A stretch of 64,000 nt of DNA from a virus, in IMG/VR virus record IMGVR_UViG_3300012971_000002, positions 1 to 64,000 of that record; one strand, 5' to 3'. The translations under genes and the position numbers were made by a program. How positions within the stretch are numbered: position 1 is the first letter of the stretch; each line of letters begins with the position of its first letter. A model generated the notes under the pieces. The model was not told where the DNA came from. It saw nothing but the letters and a program-made list of their open reading frames with translations, and searched no databases. Positions 36,674 through 45,618 of this stretch are shown here, piece by piece.

Positions 36674-37195
36674 ATGTCATCCTATGGTTTTAGATTTGGA
36701 TTCGGATTTTCTGGTGGCGGTGCGGGCGTGACACCCCCCGGTGGCACGAGTGGCGAAGTCCAATTCAATGACTCCGGAGTATTCGGCGGGATTGCCACTT
36801 CCGTCTTCGATAAGAGCACCCAATCGCTGAGTTTCGCTTTTTCTGGCGCAAGTTCCGGATTTGAAATAAATCCGGATGATGGCGGCGCGAACTCCACAAA
36901 TTCAATTTTCAGCGGCGCTTCTATAGCTCTTTCTTCGAGTGGTGGAACTTCCCTTACTTTAGACAATTCCGGAGTAAGTACGGTTCTTGGAAGCATCACA
37001 TCTGTTTTCTCCGTGAAAGATTCAGGATCGAGTCCGATCATTCAAGCGACACACGATACCAAGCTGGGATTCTTTGCAGCACCGCCAATTGCCAAGCCAA
37101 CTGTTACCGGTGCGAAGCTTCCATCCGATGTGGTGATGGCCAGTTTGCTTACCGCTTTGAAAAATTTGGGACTGATTACGGATTCCACAACTTGA
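36674..37195 (+). CDS. tail fibre-like protein
   Basis: 173 aa; GTSGEVQFNDSGVFGG N-terminal motif and C-terminal ASLLTALKNLGLITDST, both common in phage fibre proteins. Confidence 0.6.
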   Translation: MSSYGFRFGFGFSGGGAGVTPPGGTSGEVQFNDSGVFGGIATSVFDKSTQSLSFAFSGASSGFEINPDDGGANSTNSIFSGASIALSSSGGTSLTLDNSGVSTVLGSITSVFSVKDSGSSPIIQATHDTKLGFFAAPPIAKPTVTGAKLPSDVVMASLLTALKNLGLITDSTT

Positions 37196-37212
37196 GATTG
37201 GGAGAATAATCT

Positions 37213-37899
37213 ATGCCACCTTACAACAGCAATCCGGGTAAAAACACCGCGATGCAATGCCTTACTCCCGGCGTTCCGGCATACGCTTTCGGTTCGAAGC
37301 CACTGAACCAACCCACCACGCTTCTTCAGGTGACGAACGTGGCGCTCACAAGCAACGTTGCCACGGTCACAGTTCAGGTGCGTGAAGGAAGCATCCCGGC
37401 CGTTGGTTCGCTTATTTCGATCACTGGAACTTCGAACACCGCTGGCCTGTTCAATGTCACCGGAAAAGCAATCACCGGCGTTTCCATCAATTCCTCAACT
37501 GGAATCGGCACGATTACTTTCGCACTTACTCATGCCGATGTGGTTTCCGCGGCCGATTCTGGACAAGGCTATGTTCCGGTTCCGGAGACGGCCGAAGCCG
37601 CTGTCGCTGCCACCAAGAGTCAGGCGTTCGCTATTCAAAACACGATTGGCCGTGGCTATGGGATAACTTGGGCATTCACCTATCCATCGGCACCGGCTTC
37701 CGCTTCGATCCAACTGGAAGGTGCGGTCAACGATGTGGATGGCGAATACACGATCATTGGCAGCGCTCAAACCGGCGTGAGCGGTTATGTGGAAATTCCT
37801 GCAACGCTTCCTACACTGGTGAATTTCGTTCGCTTGAATCTGACGGCTTTGAGCGGTGGCGCGAGTCCTACAGTAGTAGGCAAGATCTTAGTTTCGTAA
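37213..37899 (+). CDS. hypothetical tail-associated protein
   Basis: 228 aa; contains a copy of the beta-rich module (VGSLISITGTSNTAGLFNVTGKAI). Confidence 0.55.
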   Translation: MPPYNSNPGKNTAMQCLTPGVPAYAFGSKPLNQPTTLLQVTNVALTSNVATVTVQVREGSIPAVGSLISITGTSNTAGLFNVTGKAITGVSINSSTGIGTITFALTHADVVSAADSGQGYVPVPETAEAAVAATKSQAFAIQNTIGRGYGITWAFTYPSAPASASIQLEGAVNDVDGEYTIIGSAQTGVSGYVEIPATLPTLVNFVRLNLTALSGGASPTVVGKILVS

Positions 37900-37920
37900 T
37901 CGGATAGGAGTTCCGGCGAT

Positions 37921-39483
37921 ATGTCGAATCCTGTAGTGGTGTCATTTGGCGATTCCATGACACAAGGCGCGTCCGCAGCCGCGAATAATCTGTACGCGCC
38001 TTACCCGTATTTACTCGCCATGCCCGGACTTTGGAACACCTTTGACAAAGGTGTGAACGGAAACACCGTTGCCAACATGCTGACAACGTACACAACTCAA
38101 GTGAGTCCGTTGTTCGATGCCACGGCTCCGGCTAATGTCTGCATTGTTTTTGCTGGCACAAATGATTTTGCGATAAACGGTGCCACTGTCGCCACAACTT
38201 ACGCGAATCTTGTCACGCTTTGTCAGGCGATTCGAGCGGTTGGCTTCAAAGTGGTGGTGGTTCAGATGCCAAGCCGGACAGGGAACAATGCAATTGGTGG
38301 CGAATCACTGGACACCGATAAGACAGCATACAATGCGCTGATTGATGCCAACTGGACAACCTTCGCGGATGCGGAATTTGTTCTTCCTTCCACGATCACC
38401 GCGAACGGTTCCTTCTCCAACACCACTTATTTCCAGACCGATGGAGTTCATCCGAATCAGTTCACGCACAACACGATTTTTGGACCGGGGTTGACCACGA
38501 TCATCACTCCATACGGTCCTGCTGGAACTACCAACACGAACCTTCCGCTGGCAACGGATTCTTTTGTCCGCGCCGATGAAAACCCGCTGAATGCCAGCAC
38601 TTGGGGAATCCCCACCGGCGCTTCGGCTTTGAAATTAGTGAGCAATACAGTTCAGGCCAGCGCTGGTGGTGTGTTCGCTACGGAATATACGAAGCAAGGG
38701 CCAGCATCGTGGCCGGTAGACAATTATTCACAAGCTGTAGCGGTGTCATCTGCAAATAGCCAATTCCCCAGTGTTGCCACTCGCATTCAAACAGGGATTC
38801 GGACGTGGTACATCGCACAACTAACTTGCGGTGCTGGTGCGACGATTCCAACTGGGACTGGAACTACTCTAGGGAATACAACGCCTATAAATATCGTCAA
38901 AAACATAAACACCGTACAAACAACACTCGCCACCGGACAAGGAACAGCGTGGCAACCCGGAGATATTTTAGAAATTGAAACTGTAGGAACGACCATCAAC
39001 GCTTATCAATTGTGCGCTGGTGGTGTCACGAAGATTCTGCGAGCAACTGCCACTGATGCCGTAATCGCTTCAGGACTTCCCGGCATAAGCATCGTAAATC
39101 TTGTTGCTTCGTTTGGCGCGTGGACTGGTGGAGCGGTCAATGCCACCAGTGCCATTTCCGCTGGATCACCGCAAGCGGCAAAACTGAACACGACTTTCGC
39201 AACGAATCTAGCGGTGATCGTGCGCGATTCAAAAGGAAATGCAATTCAAGGCATCACGGTGACATTCACCGCACCGGGGAGCGGCCCAAGTGGAACGTTC
39301 GCCGGTGGCGTCAATACGGCTGTCACCAATGCGAGCGGCATTGCCACCGCACCGGCTTTCACGTCCAATGGTTTTGGTGGAAGCTATGCCGTTGTGGCGT
39401 CCGTACCGGGACTAGCCAATCTTTCTTTCAATCTAGTCAACGGTGGTGGCGACTTAGCGTTCGACTTCAGATTCAGGTTTTAG
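37921..39483 (+). CDS. SGNH/GDSL hydrolase with C-terminal Ig-like domain (tail-associated esterase candidate)
   Basis: 520 aa; VVSFGDSMTQG (block I), VFAGTNDF (block III), DGVHPN (block V); C-terminus ITVTFTAPGSGPSGTF...NASGIATAP resembles a bacterial Ig-like domain. Confidence 0.75.
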   Translation: MSNPVVVSFGDSMTQGASAAANNLYAPYPYLLAMPGLWNTFDKGVNGNTVANMLTTYTTQVSPLFDATAPANVCIVFAGTNDFAINGATVATTYANLVTLCQAIRAVGFKVVVVQMPSRTGNNAIGGESLDTDKTAYNALIDANWTTFADAEFVLPSTITANGSFSNTTYFQTDGVHPNQFTHNTIFGPGLTTIITPYGPAGTTNTNLPLATDSFVRADENPLNASTWGIPTGASALKLVSNTVQASAGGVFATEYTKQGPASWPVDNYSQAVAVSSANSQFPSVATRIQTGIRTWYIAQLTCGAGATIPTGTGTTLGNTTPINIVKNINTVQTTLATGQGTAWQPGDILEIETVGTTINAYQLCAGGVTKILRATATDAVIASGLPGISIVNLVASFGAWTGGAVNATSAISAGSPQAAKLNTTFATNLAVIVRDSKGNAIQGITVTFTAPGSGPSGTFAGGVNTAVTNASGIATAPAFTSNGFGGSYAVVASVPGLANLSFNLVNGGGDLAFDFRFRF

Positions 39484-39492
39484 GGAGAAGCC

Positions 39493-39765
39493 ATGTCCAG
39501 ATGGTTTAATAACCTGAAAGATGGGGATCGTGTCGCTTTGATCCTGATCGGTATCGGTTTAACGTTCGTGCTGATCGGATCCATGGCCACATTTGGCGCA
39601 ATTCTGTTCGTGAAAGAAGACGCACGCATTGACCGTTCCATCGTGGCGCTCGCCGTTCTGGGATCTCAAGGCGGTGGGCTTATCACGGCTGGCATGGGTG
39701 TTCTAAAATTAAGAGATAACGGTACGTCTCAAACTACTCCACCTGCAGGAGACGGGAAGGGATGA
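39493..39765 (+). CDS. holin-like membrane protein candidate
   Basis: 90 aa, two hydrophobic helices, AGGGAGAAGCC RBS, adjacent to peptidase gene. Confidence 0.45.
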   Translation: MSRWFNNLKDGDRVALILIGIGLTFVLIGSMATFGAILFVKEDARIDRSIVALAVLGSQGGGLITAGMGVLKLRDNGTSQTTPPAGDGKG

Positions 39766-40010
39766 TGGACACTGGCGGCAAGCATGTAATTCAGATACAG
39801 ACGATCCATGTAATCATGGGCGTGTTGGTCTGGGTTGCAACGATTATTTTTTTCATTGCGAATCTTCAGGCACAAGCAAACGACACGGCTCGCCGCGTGA
39901 AAGAACTGGAAGACCGGCAACCGGTCACCTATCAACAGATGCACGATGCCTTGCAACCCATCGAGCAACGTGCGGATCGAATCGAACGCAAGCTGGACAA
40001 CCTGAAGTAG
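39762..40010 (+). CDS. single-pass membrane protein with coiled-coil tail (lysis accessory candidate)
   Basis: 82 aa, ATGA overlap; IMGVLVWVATIIFFIANL helix then charged helix. Confidence 0.45.
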   Translation: MMDTGGKHVIQIQTIHVIMGVLVWVATIIFFIANLQAQANDTARRVKELEDRQPVTYQQMHDALQPIEQRADRIERKLDNLK

Positions 40011-40463
40011 TCAGACCGCAAAGGCAACGTGGTCAACCGGCGTGTACTTCTCCGCGTTGTGTGTCGCGCCTTCGAGCACGCTCCGGACTCCGGGCATGGC
40101 CACATTCATCGAGATGTGAAGGATCGAGAATCCGTTCGCATCATGCTCCAAGATCAATTGGTGAAACGGAAGCTTGGGATTCTCGCGGATCCAATCGAAG
40201 ACCGGCCGTGATTGCTGGTGGGGAACATAGCCATCCACGGCGCAATGTTCCGCGGTGTAAAGGTGTTCGCTGTTCGGCTGGCCGTGCGCTTCCGTGTTGG
40301 CTTCTTCGGTGCGGCGAGCGGAAGTGATCTTGAAGGCTCCGAACTGTTCGCGGATCGGCTCGAGCACGCTTAAACAAAAGCGCCTTACCACAGGGATACA
40401 TTCTTCCGGAAGCGGTCCATCCTGTTCGAACTCACTCTGATCGAAGTGCGGGCTGAGTAACAT
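40011..40463 (-). CDS. peptidase M15-like (D-Ala-D-Ala carboxypeptidase fold) endolysin candidate
   Basis: 150 aa from ATG 40463 (AGGGAGAA SD); FDQSEF...LEPIREQFG...ITSARRT...H...AVD pattern; longer track ORF would overlap the csp gene. Confidence 0.65.
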   Translation of the reverse strand: MLLSPHFDQSEFEQDGPLPEECIPVVRRFCLSVLEPIREQFGAFKITSARRTEEANTEAHGQPNSEHLYTAEHCAVDGYVPHQQSRPVFDWIRENPKLPFHQLILEHDANGFSILHISMNVAMPGVRSVLEGATHNAEKYTPVDHVAFAV

Positions 40464-40474
40464 TCGGTTCTCCC

Positions 40475-40504
40475 TTGACTGAAACCATGGCGAAGTTATA
40501 TATA
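40475..40504 (+). promoter_or_regulatory. sigma70-like promoter of the cold-shock gene
   Basis: TTGACT followed at 16-18 nt by a TATATATA run; about 35-nt leader with AAGGGAGAA SD. Confidence 0.55.
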
Positions 40505-40538
40505 CAGGATACCTGATAGGCAAGGGAGAACGTCCGCG

Positions 40539-40745
40539 GTGGGCAAAGAACAAGGTACAGTGAAGTGGTTTAACAGTTCCAAAGGGTACGGCTTCATTCA
40601 GCGCAAAGGCAACGCCGATATTTTCGTGCATTACTCCGGTATCATCACCGAAGGCTATAAGACGTTGAATGAAGGGGATCACGTTCTCTTCGAAGTGAAA
40701 GACACGCCAAAGGGTTTGCAAGCAATCAACGTAGAACCGGCTTAA
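40539..40745 (+). CDS. csp: cold-shock protein (CspA family)
   Basis: 68 aa, GTG start; GTVKWFNSSKGYGFI (RNP1) and DIFVHYS (RNP2). Confidence 0.9.
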   Translation: MGKEQGTVKWFNSSKGYGFIQRKGNADIFVHYSGIITEGYKTLNEGDHVLFEVKDTPKGLQAINVEPA

Positions 40746-40759
40746 CTTAGGAGACTTCC

Positions 40760-41137
40760 ATGCCGCATCGCATCTTCGCTGTGCTGACAATCCTCTGTCT
40801 TCTTTCTGGCGGTTGTCTGAAGGCTCCGATCCATCCCGGCGCGGTGGACAAGATTGATTCGCTCGCCTACGATGCGAATCTTCTTTACGATTCCGCTATC
40901 AAAGATGCGAAGGCAGATCTCGCGGCCGGTACGCTTCCTCAGACAGTGATCCCGTTTCTGAATAAAATGATTGCCGCTTACGATGTACTGAACGCCGCGA
41001 CGAAGGCTTACCACGCGGCTGGTGTTCCCGGTGGCACACCGGACATGCTCGCAAAACTGAATGAAGCGGAAGCTGCAGCGGCCGCGGCCTTTGCTGAATT
41101 TGTGAAGGTTTATCCGAAAGCAGGTACAAAGAAATGA
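40760..41137 (+). CDS. lipoprotein
   Basis: 125 aa; signal peptide with lipobox LLSGGC; Ala-rich helical body. Confidence 0.65.
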   Translation: MPHRIFAVLTILCLLSGGCLKAPIHPGAVDKIDSLAYDANLLYDSAIKDAKADLAAGTLPQTVIPFLNKMIAAYDVLNAATKAYHAAGVPGGTPDMLAKLNEAEAAAAAAFAEFVKVYPKAGTKK

Positions 41138-41391
41138 GCACAACACCGACACCGCCACCCAAGGGATCTCTACTGGATCGGCTTCTGTCCATTGCGGATT
41201 TGGCCGCTTCCGGTATTTCCGCGGTAACGACTGGCACACCGATTGGTGCCGGTGCATCCATGGCCGATATTCTTATTAAGATGGGCCAGCACGCCGCGGC
41301 CGCGTATGAAGCAGAAACTGGCCAGCCTTACGATCTGAGCAAGATCCCGCAAGAAGATCTGGTGCCGGATCCGAACGCGCCGAAGTCTTAG
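41134..41391 (+). CDS. hypothetical protein
   Basis: 85-aa ORF, ATGA overlap with lipoprotein gene. Confidence 0.5.
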   Translation: MSTTPTPPPKGSLLDRLLSIADLAASGISAVTTGTPIGAGASMADILIKMGQHAAAAYEAETGQPYDLSKIPQEDLVPDPNAPKS

Positions 41392-41496
41392 CGATACTCC
41401 ACCTACAATGCGAGCACGAAAGGGGAGCGTATAGCCAAAGATCTCACAGTCCAGTAACAGGAAGTTGCACCGCGTCCGCAAACGGCCGGATATCCT

Positions 41497-42036
41497 GTGA
41501 AGGAAAAGTGGACCAAGAGATCAGCGGCTTGTTTTTACGCTCCCTTAATTTTTGTCTGTGCTACCATCCGAGCCATGTTCGACCATCACGACACCGTGAA
41601 GGCGCTGAATCGTATTGCCGACGAACTAGCCCAGACGAATAGGATTCTCCGGCGCATCTATCGGTTGGAACTTCTCGAGAACCAGATCTACGACTTCACG
41701 CTCTCGCAACTTGGAGGAAATGACATGGCAATCAACGGAATTTTGGTTGGTGGAAGTGGATCGTTCCAGATCGGCTTTGTTCCACCGAACGGTGTTCCTC
41801 TACAAACCGGCCCATCGGTCTCTGTAGATGATCCGAAGGTGACACTGAGTCCGGTAGATCCCAACACGAATCAGTTCACCGCGGCCGTCGCATCCGATGA
41901 TACGGCAACATCTTTCAATGTGACGCTCTCCGGCGTCAATGGCGCGGGTACGGCTTTGAGCCATACCTTCAACGTCCCAATCTTGGCACCGCCACCGCCA
42001 CAGATCACGGACTTCACACTCGATCAGATCAGTTAA
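41497..42036 (+). CDS. hypothetical protein (possible Ig-like C-terminus)
   Basis: 179-aa ORF with GTG start (alternative ATG 41575); no SD at either; converges on 42033-42593. Confidence 0.45.
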   Translation: MKEKWTKRSAACFYAPLIFVCATIRAMFDHHDTVKALNRIADELAQTNRILRRIYRLELLENQIYDFTLSQLGGNDMAINGILVGGSGSFQIGFVPPNGVPLQTGPSVSVDDPKVTLSPVDPNTNQFTAAVASDDTATSFNVTLSGVNGAGTALSHTFNVPILAPPPPQITDFTLDQIS

Positions 42037-42593
42037 CTAGCTTGTGGTGGTTCCGGGGAGTTCCGGATTGGTTTCTGGAACTCCCTCAATTTTTCCTTCA
42101 CGACTTGAGCGATGTTGGCATGATTGCGGCGTAGTGTGTTCGCAAGCTTGTCACGCCGGACTTCCACGGAATACTTCAGCCCGAGACAGTACAGACAATT
42201 GTGAAGCGCTTCATCCACCGGCCGATCTGTAGCGCCACAGCCATCGCACCGATAGAGTCCTGCAGGAACCAAACGAAGCACCGGCACATAGTTGAAGATC
42301 GGCTTGCCATTCGAATCGGTGTGGCACGGTCCGGCCGGGGAACGCTGAAGGCGTAGCGAGATCTCTGCGAGCAAGGCTTCTTCCTTCGTTCCCATCTTTG
42401 AAGTGAGAATACGGGTGGCCAATTTGCCAACTTGCCGGTCCGTGTAGTGCTCGAAGGCATCGGACCACATGATGCTCTTGAAGAAGCTTTCCGCGAACTC
42501 TTCTTCTTTCTCTGGTGGATCGAACCACTTCGCAAAGCGCGTAATGAACAAGCCAGATCTACGAATTAGGTGGGCTATCTTCGCAGACTTCAT
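42033..42593 (-). CDS. hypothetical protein with CxxC...CxxC patch
   Basis: 186-aa ORF 6 nt downstream of the ATPase gene; YRCDGCGA...HNCLYCLG. Confidence 0.55.
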   Translation of the reverse strand: MKSAKIAHLIRRSGLFITRFAKWFDPPEKEEEFAESFFKSIMWSDAFEHYTDRQVGKLATRILTSKMGTKEEALLAEISLRLQRSPAGPCHTDSNGKPIFNYVPVLRLVPAGLYRCDGCGATDRPVDEALHNCLYCLGLKYSVEVRRDKLANTLRRNHANIAQVVKEKLREFQKPIRNSPEPPQAS

Positions 42594-42599
42594 GGATCC

Positions 42600-44330
42600 T
42601 CACAGTTCCAGAAACCAAGCGGCAATTTTGACGTGGCCTTGCCGCGGGTATGTCACAAGTCCTTTGGTCTTCAGAGCGCCAAGCGGATTCTTGAACGCGC
42701 TGCTAGTTTCGGAATAGCCCGAAGCCAGCGCCAGTTCTCTCCGTGCCAATTCCACACCACCGGTCAACGGTTCAAGGATCTTCCATTCTGGACCGCTGCA
42801 AATATGCTGGATCCGGCGCTCGATCTCTGTGCGGTCTACTGCGTTGACGTGTGGCGCTACCCGTTCGCCTTCATCCGTCAGATTGACATGGCCGGGATGC
42901 GGATAACCTACGAAGCCTTTGGTGTTGAGCGCTCCCAGCGGATTCTTGAATGCGCTACTCGTGGGCGAATAGGTAGACCATGCCGCAACCATGTCACGCG
43001 GCGGCGCTTCCTGTCCGATCTGCCGGAGTTCGGCCAGAGCCTTGAGAATCCGCGCTTCCGGTCCGGAGAGATCTCCGTTTACTTCCGTTGTGTGGACATG
43101 GCCAAAAGGCGTCTCTTTTACTTTGTGAGTGAAGGTACGCACCGATGATTCGATGGATTGCTTTATCACCTTTGGATCTATCTCGATCTTCGGGTAATCG
43201 GCCAGTGGTTCTTCCACATACTTCGTGGCCATCCGGATGATGGAAGTGAGCATATTCCGCGTTTCTACCAGTTGACGCCTGAAATGCTGGGCGCTAACGC
43301 GCCACGGCTCGATGTGCTGCGATAAAGCGGCTTGGATGGTGGAAGATGCCACGGTCAAACGTTCGGCCTTCTGGGGCACCGGCTGGGGCTTTCTGGCCAG
43401 TTCTAGGCGCAACCGGCTGATCTCGGCCTTCAATTTGACCGGATCGTTGGCTTCGGCTTCCTTCACAACGTGCTCGAGTTTGGTCTTCAGATCGGCCAGA
43501 TCCACACCGGCCCAGCCGTGCAACTTGGCGGTATCGGCCGGGGACTGTGGCCGGAAGGAATCGTAGGTCTTGAACATTGGGAAGTGGATCTGCTTTGGCC
43601 CAAAGTCAATCTCCGGGGACCAAGCCCACGCATCACCGCGCTTCATTTGAGCAAGCGAGTTCAGTACTTCCTTCCCCTTCTCGGAATCGCCACAGCCTTC
43701 GATCCAATCGCGCACAGCATCTCTGTCCCACTTAGTAGTGACGCGCATGGCGATAAGCGTTTCACATGAAGTCAAAAAATCATTGTGAACCTTCGAAGCG
43801 CGTTGACTGGCACCGATCAGCGTGATCCCGATCCCGCGGGCTTCCGCGGCCAGCTTATTGGACCAATGGAGCATCATCCCGGCTTTGTTATCCAGAACCT
43901 TACCCTTCGGCGCGAAGTTGTGGACTTCATCGATCACGAGATAGATCTTTCCCTGAAGCACGCGGAACAAGTTCGAAGCGAAGTCGATCCAAAAGGTAGT
44001 GCGCTCTCCCGGCATGAAGTCACGCATTTGAAGGATTGCGGATCGATTGCCGGTGCCTAGCAATTCGGCCATCACTTTGCCGGAGAGATGCGAAAGCGGA
44101 AGATCTTGGTGCTGGCCACCGAAGACCGGAACAGGGTAACCGGCTCGCTTGCCGTCTTTGTCCAGCTTCAGTCCCCACCAGTCCGCTTTCGGCGTGATTA
44201 CGATCACGCGCTTGTCGTGGTCCAAGAGATATTCCACAAGATCCCGCACGGCCGAAGACTTGCCCGCGCCGGTCTTGCCCAGTGTGATGATATGTTGCTC
44301 GAGCGCTTCAACTGGGATCGGTAGACTCAT
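42600..44330 (-). CDS. HerA/FtsK-superfamily P-loop ATPase with two tandem C-terminal winged-helix repeats
   Basis: 576 aa; Walker A LGKTGAGKSS, Walker B YLVIDEVHNF, GASQRAS; repeats SGPE-x-(R/K)IL...S-x-YS-x-TSSAFKNPLGAL-x-TKG-x-V-x-YP...GHV at aa 422-485 and 512-570. Confidence 0.7.
   Translation of the reverse strand: MSLPIPVEALEQHIITLGKTGAGKSSAVRDLVEYLLDHDKRVIVITPKADWWGLKLDKDGKRAGYPVPVFGGQHQDLPLSHLSGKVMAELLGTGNRSAILQMRDFMPGERTTFWIDFASNLFRVLQGKIYLVIDEVHNFAPKGKVLDNKAGMMLHWSNKLAAEARGIGITLIGASQRASKVHNDFLTSCETLIAMRVTTKWDRDAVRDWIEGCGDSEKGKEVLNSLAQMKRGDAWAWSPEIDFGPKQIHFPMFKTYDSFRPQSPADTAKLHGWAGVDLADLKTKLEHVVKEAEANDPVKLKAEISRLRLELARKPQPVPQKAERLTVASSTIQAALSQHIEPWRVSAQHFRRQLVETRNMLTSIIRMATKYVEEPLADYPKIEIDPKVIKQSIESSVRTFTHKVKETPFGHVHTTEVNGDLSGPEARILKALAELRQIGQEAPPRDMVAAWSTYSPTSSAFKNPLGALNTKGFVGYPHPGHVNLTDEGERVAPHVNAVDRTEIERRIQHICSGPEWKILEPLTGGVELARRELALASGYSETSSAFKNPLGALKTKGLVTYPRQGHVKIAAWFLEL
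42621..43067 (-). repeat. tandem duplication encoding the two winged-helix-like modules
   Basis: Protein-level repeat with 16 consecutive near-identical residues (TSSAFKNPLGAL.TKG); coordinates derived from aa positions. Confidence 0.65.
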
Positions 44331-44620
44331 TCCGTACTTCTCCGTGTGTATTCATCACAAACTTCTACTTCATAGGATTGAGTAATTGGAACTTTGCCAC
44401 CAAGCAACGTGGTGCTAGTCCGTGCTTCTTTGTGGCTTTTGGTACAAGACCATTCAGACTTTTTCAACGTGAACGAAGGTTGTTTTGAATCCCAATACAC
44501 AGCGGGGATGATGAAAAGAGACAAGAAGAATATGATCGAGCACACAACCTTGAAAAGAGAAATGATCGTGGATTCGTCACCCATTGCCCATCGTTCCCAA
44601 GCCATTATGAATTTACGCAT
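44327..44620 (-). CDS. small membrane protein
   Basis: 97-aa ORF, hydrophobic VVCSIIFFLSLFIIPAVYW; ATGA overlap with ATPase gene start. Confidence 0.45.
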   Translation of the reverse strand: MRKFIMAWERWAMGDESTIISLFKVVCSIIFFLSLFIIPAVYWDSKQPSFTLKKSEWSCTKSHKEARTSTTLLGGKVPITQSYEVEVCDEYTRRSTE

Positions 44621-45618
44621 CTGTTATCCGGAAATTCCCGATATTCCTTTCCATCGAGTTTGTGACCGGCTTCTTTCTTGCCCACGTGCTCGAGATAGTT
44701 CCCGTCTTTCGAATGCTGAATACATGCGCCGAGATCCCGCGTAAAGACCGGCTTGCCGTCCACCGCGATGCAATGCCGTTTCTCTACATGGACAAGTTCG
44801 CGTTGTCCCCATTCTCCCCATTGCTTGAAGAAGAACGGGATCTGATAGTCTTTGCAAAATTGCCGCGTGGATCTTGCCCAGTCCGGAGCCATCGGACGTG
44901 CATTGGTGCCGGATTCCCCACCGGCCACGATCCAGTTGAGCGCACACAGCCACTCTTGTTTCGGGAGCGCTTCTTTCCAGTCGATTGGCCCAAGCGCCGG
45001 TTCATAGCTCACCCAGCGCACGGCCGCGGGAGTTTGTACCAGGAGCGGAAGCCGTTCGTTCGCGGTCTTCTGATCTTCCACACTCACGCCAAGCCACACG
45101 TTTGGTAGCGGCCAAGCCCTAGTCATGTCACAGGTGGGATGTGCGCCAACTTCATCGAATAGCATAGAGATCCCGCTGTAAGCCGCGGCCGGATCGACGC
45201 CATGAAGTATGGACAGCATCCGCGCCGGACGCTTAGTTAGGATCTGGAAGGTATGACGCTGGGAGAGCGCCATCACGCCAAAGATCTTCCAGATCCACGC
45301 TTCTTCCACCGCGGCATGGAAAAGATCACTCATCGAGTTCACGAAGATCCGGCTGGGCTTCTGCCAGCGAAGCGGATCCTGAAGGTGTTCTTTCACGAAT
45401 GCGACTTTGCCCGTCCAGCGGGCTTCTTGGCGCTCTTTGGCTGTGCCTTGGCCGATGGTGACGAACTCCGCTAGGCCATGGTAGGGTTGGCCGGGATCAC
45501 TGAAGCGAGCCGCTACACTTTCGGCGTAGCAATTCCTACAACCTTCGCTCACTCTCGAGCACCCGCGGATCGGATTCCACGTTGCGTCTGTCCATTCGAT
45601 CTTTGTTTTCTTTCCCAT
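44605..45618 (-). CDS. phage Gp37/Gp68 family protein (DUF5131)
   Basis: 337 aa; canonical N-terminus KIEWTDATWNPIRGCSRVSEGCRNCYAE. Confidence 0.85.
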   Translation of the reverse strand: MGKKTKIEWTDATWNPIRGCSRVSEGCRNCYAESVAARFSDPGQPYHGLAEFVTIGQGTAKERQEARWTGKVAFVKEHLQDPLRWQKPSRIFVNSMSDLFHAAVEEAWIWKIFGVMALSQRHTFQILTKRPARMLSILHGVDPAAAYSGISMLFDEVGAHPTCDMTRAWPLPNVWLGVSVEDQKTANERLPLLVQTPAAVRWVSYEPALGPIDWKEALPKQEWLCALNWIVAGGESGTNARPMAPDWARSTRQFCKDYQIPFFFKQWGEWGQRELVHVEKRHCIAVDGKPVFTRDLGACIQHSKDGNYLEHVGKKEAGHKLDGKEYREFPDNRCVNS

